Assembly (NCBI GenBank): GCA_951406725.2
Contig: OX597824.1
Coordinates: 95,790,001-95,854,000 of the forward strand
DNA from: Octopus vulgaris
Taxonomy: Eukaryota
DNA: 64,000 bases
Direction: 5' to 3'
A model generated the notes under the pieces. It was not told where the DNA came from, did no database searches, and saw nothing but the letters and a program-made list of their open reading frames with translations. Every line of letters begins with the position of its first letter. Within the stretch, counting starts at the first letter, position 1. Made by a program: the position numbers and the translations under genes. Shown one piece after another: positions 40,746-53,730 of the stretch.

Positions 40746-41267
40746 TATGCATACCTCTACATTCATATACGTATACGTATATAGATGCACACATACATGT
40801 ATATGTATGTGTATCTACATAAGTAAATATATATGTATGTGTATCTACATAAGTAAATATATATGTATGTGTATGTACGTATGTATGTATTATTATCAAT
40901 GTATATATTATCAAGGCGGTCAGCCGGCAGAATCGTTACGGCGTCGGACAAAATGTTTAGTGACTTTTCTGACAGCTCTTTAGGCTCTGAGCTCATATAA
41001 CCCCTTAATCCTTTCGGAGACGATAAAACAAAGTGCCAGCCAAAAAAATGGGGTTGGTGCAATCAACAAATTTCGGGTATTTTGCTTATATTAGACACAA
41101 TATATACAGTAGGCCAAAAGTCACGAAAGGGTTTGAAATTTTAACAATTTTTTTTTTAAATCCTTAATCCATTTTTTTTTCTTTTTGGAATTTTCGATAT
41201 GTGGTTTTCTATACTCAATGTATATTTATTTCTTATATATTATGTACATATATATGTATATATGTGT

Positions 41268-41314
<47 letters not shown>

Positions 41315-41340
41315 TGTGTGTGTGTGTGTGAGCGTGTGTG

Positions 41341-41533
41341 TGTTAAATAAAATGAGACAACAAAGCCAAGGCTGTGTGGAATTTATAGGACATTTATAAA
41401 GAGAAAATTAATCTTACAGCTGTTTCTGGGATATCCCTAATATCCCAGAAACAGGTGTAAGACTACCTTTCTCTTTATAAATGTCCTATAAATTCCACAC
41501 AGCCTTGGCTTTGTTGTCTCATTTTATTTAACA
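41341..41533. repeat. Near-perfect 94-bp-arm inverted repeat with a 5-nt loop
   Basis: Arms 41341-41434 and 41440-41533, 4 mismatches, loop CCCTA. Confidence 0.95.
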
Positions 41534-41651
41534 TAGACATGCACACACAAGACCCGCATTAGACTCCTCACTCGTAGAGAGTCTAACTAAGGCCCTCCCG
41601 TAGAACTTACATAGCCTTACCTACCATCTTAGGTCTTCTGGATACCAATAC

Positions 41652-41688
<37 letters not shown>

Positions 41689-42666
41689 CAACTATTGAAT
41701 AGGCTGCAAGAAGCAACGAAAATTTTATATCAAAAATAAATGAGTGGAAATCGAACCGGTGAGTGTGTTGATTAATAAGGCATCAAAACAGGATGACTCT
41801 CCCCAGACACAACAAAATATGCTTCACCACCCGAATTCACATAAAGAACCTTGCAAACCAAATAAAAAAAAAACGATATGTGTGTGTGTGTGTGTATGCA
41901 TGTATGTATATATATGCATATATGTATACGCATGTATATGTGCGTGTGTGCACGTGTGTGTGCACGTGTGTGTGCACGTGTGTGTGCACGCGCGTGTATC
42001 TGCCTTTGTGCCCCTCCCCCCATTTGATAACCAGTGTTGGTTTGTTTACGTCCCCGTAACTTAACAGTTCGGGATAAGGATCCAATAGAGTAAGTACCAG
42101 TTTTTTTAAAAAAGATATACGAGTCCCGGGGTTAATTCATTTGACTAAGACCTGTCAAGGCGTTGCCCTAGTCTGGCCGCAGCCCAACCCCTGAAACAAA
42201 TCAAAGACACAAGAGAACGTTTTATGCGTTGCTCATTCAGCATAAATCCTTCTTTAAACGGCCCCTTCCGTTGTCGCTGTAGTCCTTTAATTGTTTAACC
42301 CCAGTTCAACCCTAATCGAACAGACCTCTGATCAAAGGCGTTCCATCCTGTGTTATCCTGTCATTTTACAAAGACAGTCTATCCAATGTAAGCCTGTAAT
42401 ATAGAATATGAATCGAGGGGTGGAGAGTTGGCTGCTATTACTAGCAATTCGTGCGACCGGGTAGAGATTCAGTTCTTCGTTGGCACGTGAACTTCATGTT
42501 TTCTGTCCATCCAGTCAACATCACGTAAGAGTTGTAAGAATCACCGTTTCTCAAAACCATTTATTTCCTTTTCGTTCTCTTTTTCTGTTTTAGAACTAAC
42601 GGCAGCGACAACACTGCAAAGAGTTAGGAGCAACAACAACAACATTACCGATATTTTATAAGAGAA

Positions 42667-43118
42667 GGAGTGGCTGTGTGGTAAGTAGCTTGCTAACCAA
42701 CCACATGGTTCCGGGTTCAGTCCCACTGCGTGGCATCTTGGGCAAGTGTCTTCTGCTATAGCCCCGGGCCGACCAATGCCTTGTGAGTGGATTTGGTAGA
42801 GGGAAACTGAAAGAAGCCAGGTGGTGCTATTAAGTTAGACATGGCCTGGGCCAATAATGGCCGAAACCTATCAAAGTATCAAAGTATATATATATATATA
42901 TGTATGTGTGTGTTTGTGCGTCTGTGTTTGTTCCCCTAGCATTGCTTGACAACCGATGCTGGTGTGTTTACGTCCCCGTCACTTAGCGGTTCGGCAAAAA
43001 GAGACCGATAGAATAAGTACTAGGCTTCCAAAGAATAAGTCCCGGGATCGAGTTGCTCGACTAAAGGCGGTGCTCCAGCATGGCTGCAGTCAAATGACTG
43101 AAACAAGTAAGTAAAAGA
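42667..43118 (+). mobile_element. SINE family A with a ~65-bp foreign insert
   Basis: Full SINE; non-SINE sequence at about 42819-42885. Confidence 0.92.
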
Positions 43119-43849
43119 ACCCAATCCAGTCATGACCGTCACCGTTGGTGCTTCTTTCGTTCATTCACAGCGTTCGTTCTTTCAGCTGACTGTTCTAAAC
43201 ACCTGTCTTCCAATCGCTTGCAACTAAAACGATATCAGGTCACTGTAGCAGTAATTGCTGTGGCTTGCTTCCTTCCACTCGAAATTGATCGAAGACATTC
43301 TTCAACTGCTACTATTTACCATTTTACATACAAATGACAACTTTTTTTTTTTTTGCAACCAACACGAATTCTTCGACACAGCGAGCTGAAACCGAACCCA
43401 TGTTGGCTGTCGTGTGACGGGAACTGCATCAAATCAGGGCGTAGTAAACTTCACATTTCCCACAACACCACGATGTTAGCTTGCACCATACAATATCACA
43501 TGGTATTATATTCTCTCATATTTTAAGTCGTCGAAGGGATTCAGACAGATAATCCTCTCTCTCTCTCTCTCTCACTCTCGCTCTCTCTTCCTCGCGCGCG
43601 CACGCCTCCGTGTGTGTGTGTGTGCGCGCGCACAAGCGTTTGTACATGTACGCCTCGTTCGTTATTTATGATATTGCTCCATCCCTGCCACCCCCCACCG
43701 ACTGCTTTCTTTTATTCATTGATTCCTTCCGCTGCTCTCCTGCCTCCGAACTCTCTCTCCACATGTCTACAGCTCATACAGGTCTTCATCTGGACGAGAT
43801 TTCGTTTCTTTTTTTTCTCTTCCCCCAGCTGAAAGCAAGACGAGAAGAG

Positions 43850-43900
43850 AGACAGAGAGATATATAGAGAGAGAAAGAGAAAGAGTAAGAGTGGAAATAA

Positions 43901-43938
<38 letters not shown>

Positions 43939-44120
43939 AAGAGAAAGAGAAGAAGTAAGTGAGGGAGAGAGAGAGAGAAATAGAAAAAGAAAGAGTAAGA
44001 GAAGAAGTAAGTGAGGGAGAGAGAGAGAAATAGAAAAAGAAAGAGAAAGAGAGGCAGTGAGTGAGGGAGAGAGAGAGATAGAAAGAGAAAGAGAGGCAGT
44101 AAGTGAGGGAGAGAGAGAGA
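43850..44120. repeat. GA-rich minisatellite (GTGAGGGAGAGAGAG units)
   Basis: Motif recurs five times. Confidence 0.85.
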
Positions 44121-44714
44121 AGAACGATCGATCCTGTTGAAAAATTCGCTTCTCCATTTTGGCTGCTTTCGAACGTAGAAGTCACGTTGACTGAAACGCC
44201 TTAGCATACTTCACAGGTGACTCATAACGCTCTTCTACGCCGTCTCCCCCCCCCCCCACCATTCTCCGATTCTCTTTTTGTCTATCTATCTATCTATCTT
44301 CCTTTCCTCACTTTATTTAATCTACTTCTCCCTCTGTCTCTCTCTCTCTTTCACTCTCTCTCTCACTCCTTCTGTCTGTCTGCTTTTTTCTTCCTCTGCT
44401 GCTAAGCTTCCCTTCTGTTCGCAGATATTAAAGCATTTTCCTATCTTTATATCCCATCCAGGTTTTCTTTCATGTAAAGTCAACCCCCCACCCACCCACC
44501 CATTACATCCATCCCCCTTCCACCTTCCTTCTTTCGTTCAACCTGTTTCATTCTAATTTCATTCAAAAGACTACAAAAGCAAGCAAGGGGAAAGATGGAG
44601 GAAAGACAATTTTGGGCGACTGAAAAAAAAAATGAATAAATAAATAAATAAGAGACGAGTAAAGAACGGCAGAGAAGAAAGAGACAGAAAGAACGAAAAA
44701 TTAAGAGTGAATGT

Positions 44715-44924
44715 GAGAAGTGAAAGAAGAAGAAGAAGAAGAAGAAGAAGAAGAAGAAGAAGAAGAAGAAGAAGGTGAAGGAGAAGAAGAAGAAGAAGTG
44801 AAAGAAGAAGTGAAAGAAGAAGAAGGTGAAGGAGAAGAAGAAGAAGAAGAAGTAAAAGAAGAAGAAGAAGAAGAAGAAGTGAAAGAAGAAGAAGAAGTGA
44901 AAGAAGAAGAAGAAGAAGAAGAAG

Positions 44925-44955
<31 letters not shown>

Positions 44956-45092
44956 GAAGGAAGAAGAAGAAGAAGTGAAAGAAGAAGTGAAAGAAGAAGA
45001 AGGTAAAGGAGAAGAAGAAGAAGAAGAAGTAAAAGAAGAAGAAGTGAAAGAAGAAGAAGTGAAAGAAGAAGAAGAAGTGAAAGAAGAAGAAG

Positions 45093-45123
<31 letters not shown>

Positions 45124-45225
45124 GAAAGAAGAAGAAGAAGAAGAAGAAGGTGAAGGAGAAGAAGAAGAAGAAGAAGAAGAAGAAGAAGAAGAAGAAGAAG
45201 AAGAAGAAGAAGAAGAAGAAGAGAG
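44715..45225. repeat. (GAA)n array with GTGAAA/GGT interruptions
   Basis: Directly visible. Confidence 0.95.
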
Positions 45226-45595
45226 TGAATAGGAAAGAAAAACTAGAATGAGTTAAAAGCTAGAATTACAAACAAATGGAAAGAGAAGATAATAAGAGAA
45301 TTGGTGAGACCAAAATTTATTAGAATTAGTTAAACAAGATGACCTCTTAACAGGTCGGGGTGGGGGCCACGGGGTGGTGGCCGGCAGGCGGCTAATGTTT
45401 ACTTGCTTCAGTTTGTTTGGGTTTTTTTCTACTTTATTGGTTAAAGATCGGAATTGTGTTAATTGGTATAGCGATACATACATACATACATACATACATA
45501 CATACATACATACATACATACATACATACATACATACACACATACATACACACACACACACACACATACAAACATACATACATACATACATACAT

Positions 45596-45630
<35 letters not shown>

Positions 45631-46254
45631 TACATACATACATACATACATACATGCATGCATACATACATACATAAGTACGTACGTACATATGCATGTA
45701 TGTATGTATGTATATGTCTGTCAGTCTTTGTATGTATGTATGTATGTTTGTATGTATGTATGTACGTATTTATGTATGTACGTACGTACGTATTTATGTA
45801 TGTACGTACGTACGTATGTATGTATGTATGTATGTATGTACGTATGTATGTATGTATGTACGTACGTACGTACGTATGTATGTATGTATGTCTTTAATCT
45901 GTACCTTGTTTCAGTAATGGGATTGTGGCCATGCTGAAGCACCGCCTTGAAGAACTTAGTCGGTGAGACTTTAATCGACCCCAGTACTTATTAAAAAAAT
46001 ATTTTTCTTCAAATCTATTATTTATTTTATCGATCTCTTTTGTGCGGCACCGTTACGCCTCGGGCACGTAAACAAAGCAACACCGGTTGTCAAGCGGTGA
46101 GGTGAACAAACACAAAGATACACATACATAACTTCAAATTCAGATTTCTAATCCCGCCACATGTTGCGAAGAGATGGTTATCTCCCTTGTATTAACAACC
46201 ATCACTAGAGGGAACCACATGTGTCTTTAGATATGTGTGTATATGGGTGCGTGC

Positions 46255-46880
46255 ATATGTATGTATGTATGTATGTAGCTGTATGTATGTATACATGCAC
46301 GTATGTATGTATGTATGTATGTATGTATGTATGTATGTATGTATGTATGTATGTATGTATGTATGTATGTATGTATGTATGTATGTATGTATTTTTGTAT
46401 GTATGTATGTATGTATGTATGTATGTATGTATGTATGTATGTATGTATGTATGTATGTATGTATGTATGTATGTATGTATGTATGTATGTATGTATACAT
46501 GCACGTATGTATGTATGTATGTATGTATGTATGTATGTATACATGCACGTATGTATGTATGTATGTATGTATGTATGTATGTGTATGTATGTATGTATGT
46601 ATGTATGTATGTGTATGTATGTATGTATGTATGTATTTATGTATGTATGTATGTATGTATGTATGTATGTATGTATGTATGTATGTATGTATGTATTTAT
46701 GTATGTATGTATGTATGTATGTATGTATGTATGTATGTATGTATGTATGTATGTATGTATGTATGTATGTATGTATGTATGTATGTATGTGTGTATGTAT
46801 GTATGTATGTATGTATGTATGTATGTATGTATGTATGTATGTATGTATGTATGTATGTATGTATGTATGCATGTATGTAT
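46255..46880. repeat. ~620-bp (TATG)n microsatellite
   Basis: Directly visible. Confidence 0.97.
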
Positions 46881-47124
46881 CTCGCTTCCATTAGTTTTAC
46901 TGCGCGTCCAGATATTCAGGAGACGAACACTCTGATATAAAACCAATTTCACGTGCTTGCTGATCGTGTCGCTTCTAGATGGTTATCACGGACACTCAGA
47001 GAGCGGTTTTCCTGTTGTGCAGGCGTTTATCACGACAATCCAACGACCAACAGTTGTTTCTTTGCGGTGACCTCGTTCGTCATTTATCATTCCATCTGCC
47101 GAAAGTGCTGAGGTGATTGATGGC

Positions 47125-47260
47125 AGAGTGGCAGCGTGTGCAGACCGAACCAGTTGGAAGCGCACAGGGAGTCACAAGTCTCGTCTGTCACCTGTGTGCT
47201 TCAAACCATGGAGATCTTCAACAGGACTGAATCGTCATTTGAGAGGTCATGGATGGAAAG
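47125..47260 (+). mobile_element. Possible RTE/BovB-like LINE C-terminal fragment
   Basis: ACADRTSWK...SPVCFKPWRSSTGLNRHLRGH: a DR..W motif followed by a degenerate C2H2 finger. Confidence 0.5.
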
Positions 47261-47482
47261 TCGGAAATGCCATTGACAATGAGGAAGCACATGGAGACAT
47301 ACATCACCATGTATGCATGTATGTATGTATGTATATGTATATATATATTACAAATAATAAATTCAATAGAGAAATACAATTGACAATCTGACAATTTATT
47401 ACATTACAATATAAGATAATATACTAAGAATATAGTATTAATATACGATAAAATATAACCATTTAAAAAAAACAAAACAAAT

Positions 47483-47563
47483 AAAGCCAACAATTTGCTT
47501 CGAGTTCTATACATTGATTTATAAATAATTCATATCTATGTATACGAGTCTCTTCAGGGCCTT
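47483..47563 (-). ncRNA. Candidate type I hammerhead ribozyme (probably decayed)
   Basis: AAGGCC-CTGAAGA-[stem II, 13 of 17 bp paired]-GAAG-CAAATTG-TT-GGCTTT; 6-bp stem I; core differs only at 15.1. Confidence 0.55.
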
Positions 47564-47946
47564 GGTTCAAAAGACAGGCGAAATCCCATGTAAAAAGACT
47601 GCCAGGCTGCATAATACTGATTATATATATAGATATAATAATAATATAAATAATATATAATTGTATGCATATATACATACATATATGTACATACCTACAT
47701 CTATATGTATATATACATGTATATAGAGGTATAAGACATCAAAAAAACGTAGACACAATGAGGAACGAAAACATAAAAAACAAAAACATAGAAAACGAAC
47801 TCTTTTTTTCGAACAACGAAAAAAACAAGAGATACGAGACATGCAACAAAAAGAACATTCCCTTCATCAGTTGTCCCCTACTCCGCGTTTCGAAGGTAAT
47901 ATATATACAAATATAAAACAAATATATAACAACCGTGATATATGAA

Positions 47947-48150
47947 TCATCTGCATGCATTTTGTAAATGAATCGAATGGCTAGATTCATCGACACCACA
48001 ACAACGCTTCCACCGCCAAGTATATTCTTGGTCCTCTTTACCGTTTCCTGTAGAGAATTTCACTCGCCTGTGTTGTTTGTTAGGATGAGGATCAGTGTCA
48101 TCATAAGACATGGGCACACTGGACATGCGCACAGGGTCCACATGACCGAG
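47947..48150 (-). pseudogene. Possible Tc1/mariner transposase relic
   Basis: PNKQHRRVKF...W...VDESSHSIHLQNACR resembles the pre-DDE R..F...W..SDE..F...QN.R region. Confidence 0.33.
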
Positions 48151-48872
48151 GGGGCCCAATTCTGATCTATGTATACTATGGATTGCTGTCAACAAATACT
48201 CTAGCGTCCATTGTATTGATTTACCCAAGGGATTACAATGTTGCTACAACGGTTCTGATCTGGAGCCTTCGTGGCTTTTCTGTTCATTGGTCCCATGTTC
48301 ATGGATACGACTACATAAATCCGTGTAAAATATATGCCACCTTGCAGTATGTTCCATGTGGACCCAAGCGATAATCGGCGCATTCTGTATAGTAGAGCAT
48401 TTGGGGTGGTTTTGGGGACGCGTTTTTGCGGTTGTTTTGAGCGGTCGCTGACCTGTTCCGCTTATCACAAATCATTCTATGATAAGCGTAACATGATTCA
48501 CAACTGAGTATCCCGTGTTGTCCTAGATCAGTGTTGAATGAATCAGTGAAAAACGAGGACGGATGTACTTTTTTTTATCGACCTCGAAACGACGAAAGCA
48601 AAGTTGATTTTGGCCGAATTTAAACGTACGACGCAGGGATTCGGAACAAAATACCGCGAGGCAATGTATCTGATCCTCTCAAGATTCTGCCGCCTATGAA
48701 AGGGTAAAGTTGATTAAATTAACACCAGAACACGACTGGTATTTATTTATCGACCGTGGAGGGATAAAAGATAAAATCAATACCAGGAGTGAAGCTGAAC
48801 TCAATCCGTAGATCTTTTTAAATTCATTCCACACACATATAAGCTCCTTCTTTCTTTCTTTCTTTCTTTCTT

Positions 48873-48906
<34 letters not shown>

Positions 48907-51900
48907 TCACTCACTCTCTCACTCTAACATCCTCATACAGACATATGTACGCACGTTCTGTCTCGTAATGGTAAGACTGTTCTCAATGTAACACGATTTC
49001 GACTTCCGCTATGTCGGCAATGGATACTTCCAATTGGTTAAAATTACATAATTTTAGAGGTTTGTAATTTTCTTCACTATTAATTTCTTGAGGAAATTAA
49101 CCTAATTTTCGTCATCAGCTTGCAAAACTACATTAATTTTAAAAACTTGAAAAACTCCTGGTGGCTGGAAGGAATTTTAAAAGATCCCACACTGTAAAAC
49201 TAAACACCACCAGGTATTCTCTTCGTAGTTGGCGTTCTTCTATTGATGCTACAAACTTTTCAAAATGATGTTCCAAATCTGGAAATGATATCGTAAGACC
49301 AACAATCCTTCTCGTCTCTAATGGATCTGTCAGTTAAGTAAACAAAAGGTGACCAAAACGAAACGGGAAGAAATCGTTGGAAAGTGTAAATGCTTTAACA
49401 TCAATCGTTTCTAGCATTTAAGAAGTCATTAAAAAGACATTGCTGTTGTTACTACTGCGGCGCTGGTGTTGTTGTTGTTGGGTTCAGCTCTCATCAAACA
49501 CGTCATGCAGAGGGACCAATGATCATAAACCAATAAAGCATCCAGCCGTTAGACTCCTGGGGGAGGGGATTTTATTTTGTCTTTTTCGTTTGTTTGTTTG
49601 TTTTTTGTTTTCGCTTTTTTTTTTGACAAGGGAGTATATATGCGTAGGACCACATTATCTATTATTTATGTGAGACAGCAGCGTATGGTAGGGAGAAGCA
49701 GAGAAGGAAAGAGAGAGAGGCAGACAGACAGAGAGATAGAGAGACAGAGGGACAGACAGACAGATACACACACACACACACACAAACAAATGCAAAGAGA
49801 AGAGAAAGAAAGATAGACAGATAGATAGATAGATGATAGATAGACAGACAGATAGATAGCTAGAGATAGATTTAGAGGGAGAGAGGAGGTAGAAAGAGAG
49901 ACATTTAGCTGCTATTTCTCATGGTTCGATCGAGCGACCACTCGGTGGCTCCTTCGTTGACTGGCACCTAAACTCACCCAGTTTTGTGTGTGTGTGTGTG
50001 TGTCTGTGTGTGTATGTGTGCGTGCATGCGTGTTTTCGTGCCTGTGTGATAGCTTTCACTTTATTCTCATATCTTGCTAGTCGGCTGGGATAACAACGGG
50101 AATGCACGCACGTACACACTCACTTTCATATATTGAACACATTCGATCTATTAAATTTTCATTTTAATTCTAATAAACTGCCAAAGAGATGACAGAAATA
50201 TCGCTGCTATCTCCAGCTGTCGAGTGTCTACCACCGATAAGGCTAGGGAAGGCCGAAATCCCGTGATTTCGGCAGTGGCGACGATGTGTGATTTATCTTC
50301 CGCTAGCGATGTAAACAAAAGTGTCTATATGCACCAAAGACCTATATGCAAGATTCTCTCGCGGTAACTATCGCAGTGTCCTCTGTTCTAACACAACATC
50401 CACTTTGATGGAGGGATAAATATTAAATGATACTTATTTATTTATTTTGCATTGATTTCGAAGTTAATAAGCACTTTTCTTCGGTGGAATGATGAAACAC
50501 AAGGATGATCGCAGCCGAATTTGAAATCGTTGCTGAGAAACTACATATTGTTAAATTGGAACAATTGCCCGGGGAAACTATGGTCGTCTGCGTTATCTAC
50601 TTTGGTTGTTATCTGCCAGACGCTGCATCCTTTGAAAAGTCCAAACGACTTGAAATTCATCAACACTATTTCCTGACCTACCTACGTACCTTCTCCTCTT
50701 TCTGTTCACCCTTCTCTCGTGTTTTATTTTCTGTTACTAAGCACACACTTTTGGCATTCATTGCTGTCTGCCTTTACTTGACCCTTTCCTGTTTTCTGTC
50801 GCCTTTTTTAAACTTTTCCCAACTGAGAACTAATTTTAGTAAATCAAGAATTTTTATTGTATGCCTGTATTTGTTTATGTTGTTCAAATACATGCCACGG
50901 GCCATTCTGAGTCATTCCTCTTGGCCCATTTTTGGCATAGATGTTTTCTACTGAGCTTTTTAATTTTATATAAATCCAGGTCCTCTGGCTACTGGAGATA
51001 AGGTCAGACTATTGCCGTGCTGATAACGGTTATTGAGCCAGAATTACTTGTCCTTGATTGTCCTCTTGTCTCCAGACAGTAAGTCTGTCTTTTATCTGAA
51101 TGGCATGTCAGCTTTGGAGAGTCCTTGAATCTTGAGACTATCCCAACTTCTAAAGTGGAACGAGTCTTAATTGCAGTTTGATGAGTATGGTACATCCTGT
51201 AGAGATGAAGATAATTTTGATAAATCAAGAATTTCACATGTCAACGTTTAATTTCATACTTTAAGCGAATTTAATTAAGTGCATGTTTGTGGGACGTCAA
51301 AGAGCATTGAGATTCTCGTCTCGTCGTGGTATATGTACGAAGGCTTACTTTTGCCAGTGAAAGAGATTTTTGCTTTCAGCGTTCAAATAAAAAGCGCCCG
51401 GCGTCTCCTTTCCTGAGATGCTACACTAAAATAATCACCAGAAATCCAGAAAGAACCAAATAATGAACAAGTAAATAAAAAAGAAAGTCAAAAACACGAG
51501 AAACTTCAACTGAAAACAAACATAAATTCTAATTATGGCTACATCGAAACAAGCAATTAGACATTTCTTGATTGAAGCCAGAACGGTTTTCTTTTTAAGG
51601 CAGTAATTATGAGGTGTATGGTAAATTGCTAATTATCATGATAATAATACAACAAGATGACATAAAATATATTGTATTTGATGGTATAAAAGACGAGCAG
51701 GCTTATGAGTCGCACGCCGATTCCAGCAGCGCATATTCAGAAAAAATCTTTTTAGGGCATCAAAAAAAGATTATAGGAAGTCCAACTTCTTATATAGAAT
51801 CCAGGAGGATTTTTGAGACTTTGTTTTCTTAAATTTAAGGGCGGCGTCTTATGTTCCCTTAAGTATAGTTGATATGCAAAGTAACTGGGCAGGGACGGTT

Positions 51901-52344
51901 TGTGAGAAAACCAGAGAATCCCGTGTCCTCAACCGTGGGAAGAACTAAAAATACTGTTCGTTTCAACCGAGCTAGTCTCTATTCGATCGCTCGTCTTACT
52001 AGAAATAGCAGTAAAATTTACTTCCGAACACGCCCTAGCGTTTTTAAAGTAAAAGAGAATAAATTGACTGAAGTGGAACACTGCCTCCAAGAAAAAGGCG
52101 GAGTGGGCATTGCTGGAACACCTTTGATCATTAGTCTACTCGATTAGAGCTAACTTGGGAGTAAACAACAACGACGGCTTCTAAAGCGACGGGAACAACC
52201 AAAAGGATTCCTTTACCTTCGGTAGACGCTCCATGAATGTTGAGGGGTGGCTGTCATGACATGAAATATACTACTACTACTACTACTACTACTGTTATAT
52301 AGGCACAGGCATTGTTGTGTGGCTAAGCTCAATATATATATATA

Positions 52345-52544
52345 TGACCTCGTCTGTATCACTAGCGATTTTTTTCCTCTGTCTTCCCTTCTCAGGATCT
52401 TTCCTTCTCCTATGTTTCCGACGAAGAGCTCCGCTCGAAACGTTAAACCCTCCTTCTTCCCTTCTTTCCTGAGCGTCCAATAATACTTTATTTGTTCCAC
52501 GTCCTTGCGTTGTTGTTTTTTGGTTTTTGTTTTCTTGTTTGGAT

Positions 52545-52548
<4 letters not shown>
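52345..52548 (+). mobile_element. ~200-bp Penelope-like fragment with a minimal hammerhead motif (52414-52448)
   Basis: GTTT-CCGACGA-A-GAGC-TCC-GCTC-GAAA-CGT-T-AAAC; flanked on both sides by (TA)n. Confidence 0.7.
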
Positions 52549-52609
<61 letters not shown>

Positions 52610-52962
52610 TTTCAGTTCGTATATGTGAAACGTTTTTGAGTGCGCTCATAAAAAGCTATGCTACTTATTCCGGCCACCGCTTATTCCCGTCTTCCACAGC
52701 AATTTTATGAGAATGTTATTGGTCTGGTGCCACCGTGGCGTAGGATGAATCCAGTAATAGCAAGAACTTTTGTTTGGAAATTCATAAATCCTTTAATACA
52801 TTGCTACGTACGTTTCCACAAAGCACATGTTTTTGTTGCTGTATTTCCCATCCATAGGATATTACAAATATGGTTTGCAATATCCCAAGATTTTAAAGGG
52901 AAATATCAATACATGTTTCGTTTGTTCAGGCAAAAAATTGTCTTAGTGTTCTGGCTCTATTA

Positions 52963-53125
52963 TACGACGGGCTTCTTTTAGTTTCCGTCTACCAAATCCA
53001 CTCACAAGGTGAGTTCAGCCCGGTGCTATTGTAGAAGACACTTGCCGAAGGTGCCACACAATGGGACTGAACCCGACGCCACGTGTATGGGAAGCAAACC
53101 TCTCACCACACAACCACACCCGCAT
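52963..53125 (-). mobile_element. SINE family A 5' half
   Basis: Matches the family A head. Confidence 0.85.
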
Positions 53126-53634
53126 TTCTTTATTCAGTTTAAATTTCGGAGTTGTCTCCGTTGCCTTTCTTAGCAAGAATTGTCATTATTGCTAAGATAT
53201 GTTTCTCATTGCAGGTATAATAATATAAATAGACTTTTTGAATCGCAACATTAAGTAACATTTTACTATAAGTCATAGTAAACCAGGTGTTGATCTTGGT
53301 GTATGTCAATGGTGCAACATGACACTAAATAAAAATAAGAAATATAAGAACAGGCAAACGACACAAAGAGTGCGTCTCCGGTTACTGACATTGCTCCTCT
53401 GACCCAAGAAGAAGAAATCACTTAACGCTGTTTATCTATAAATAAGTAAACGCGTGGGTACATTTTCACTGCGGCAGCCATGGAGAAAAGAAAAAAAAAA
53501 CCATCGTAAGCGCGTTCCTATAAACGCGTATGTCACGAATATAACGATGTCTATAAGATATCGTTTTCTTTGCCTGGTGGAGAGAGACAAAGTAACGAAG
53601 CTTATATCAAGATTCAGCAGTTTTAAAATAAGAT

Positions 53635-53726
<92 letters not shown>

Positions 53727-53730
<4 letters not shown>

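Noticed and set aside
46192-46952. Long ORFs (MYVC/HTYI repeats), and similar ones at 3457, 7918, 21274, 22652, 30873 and 45253
   Set aside because: Translations of stop-free microsatellites; no domain or splice support.
50505-51237. 149-aa and 77-aa ORFs with faint piggyBac-like (WPVA) and hAT-like (SRFKD) words on the minus strand
   Set aside because: Similarity is too short and broken to call without BLASTX.
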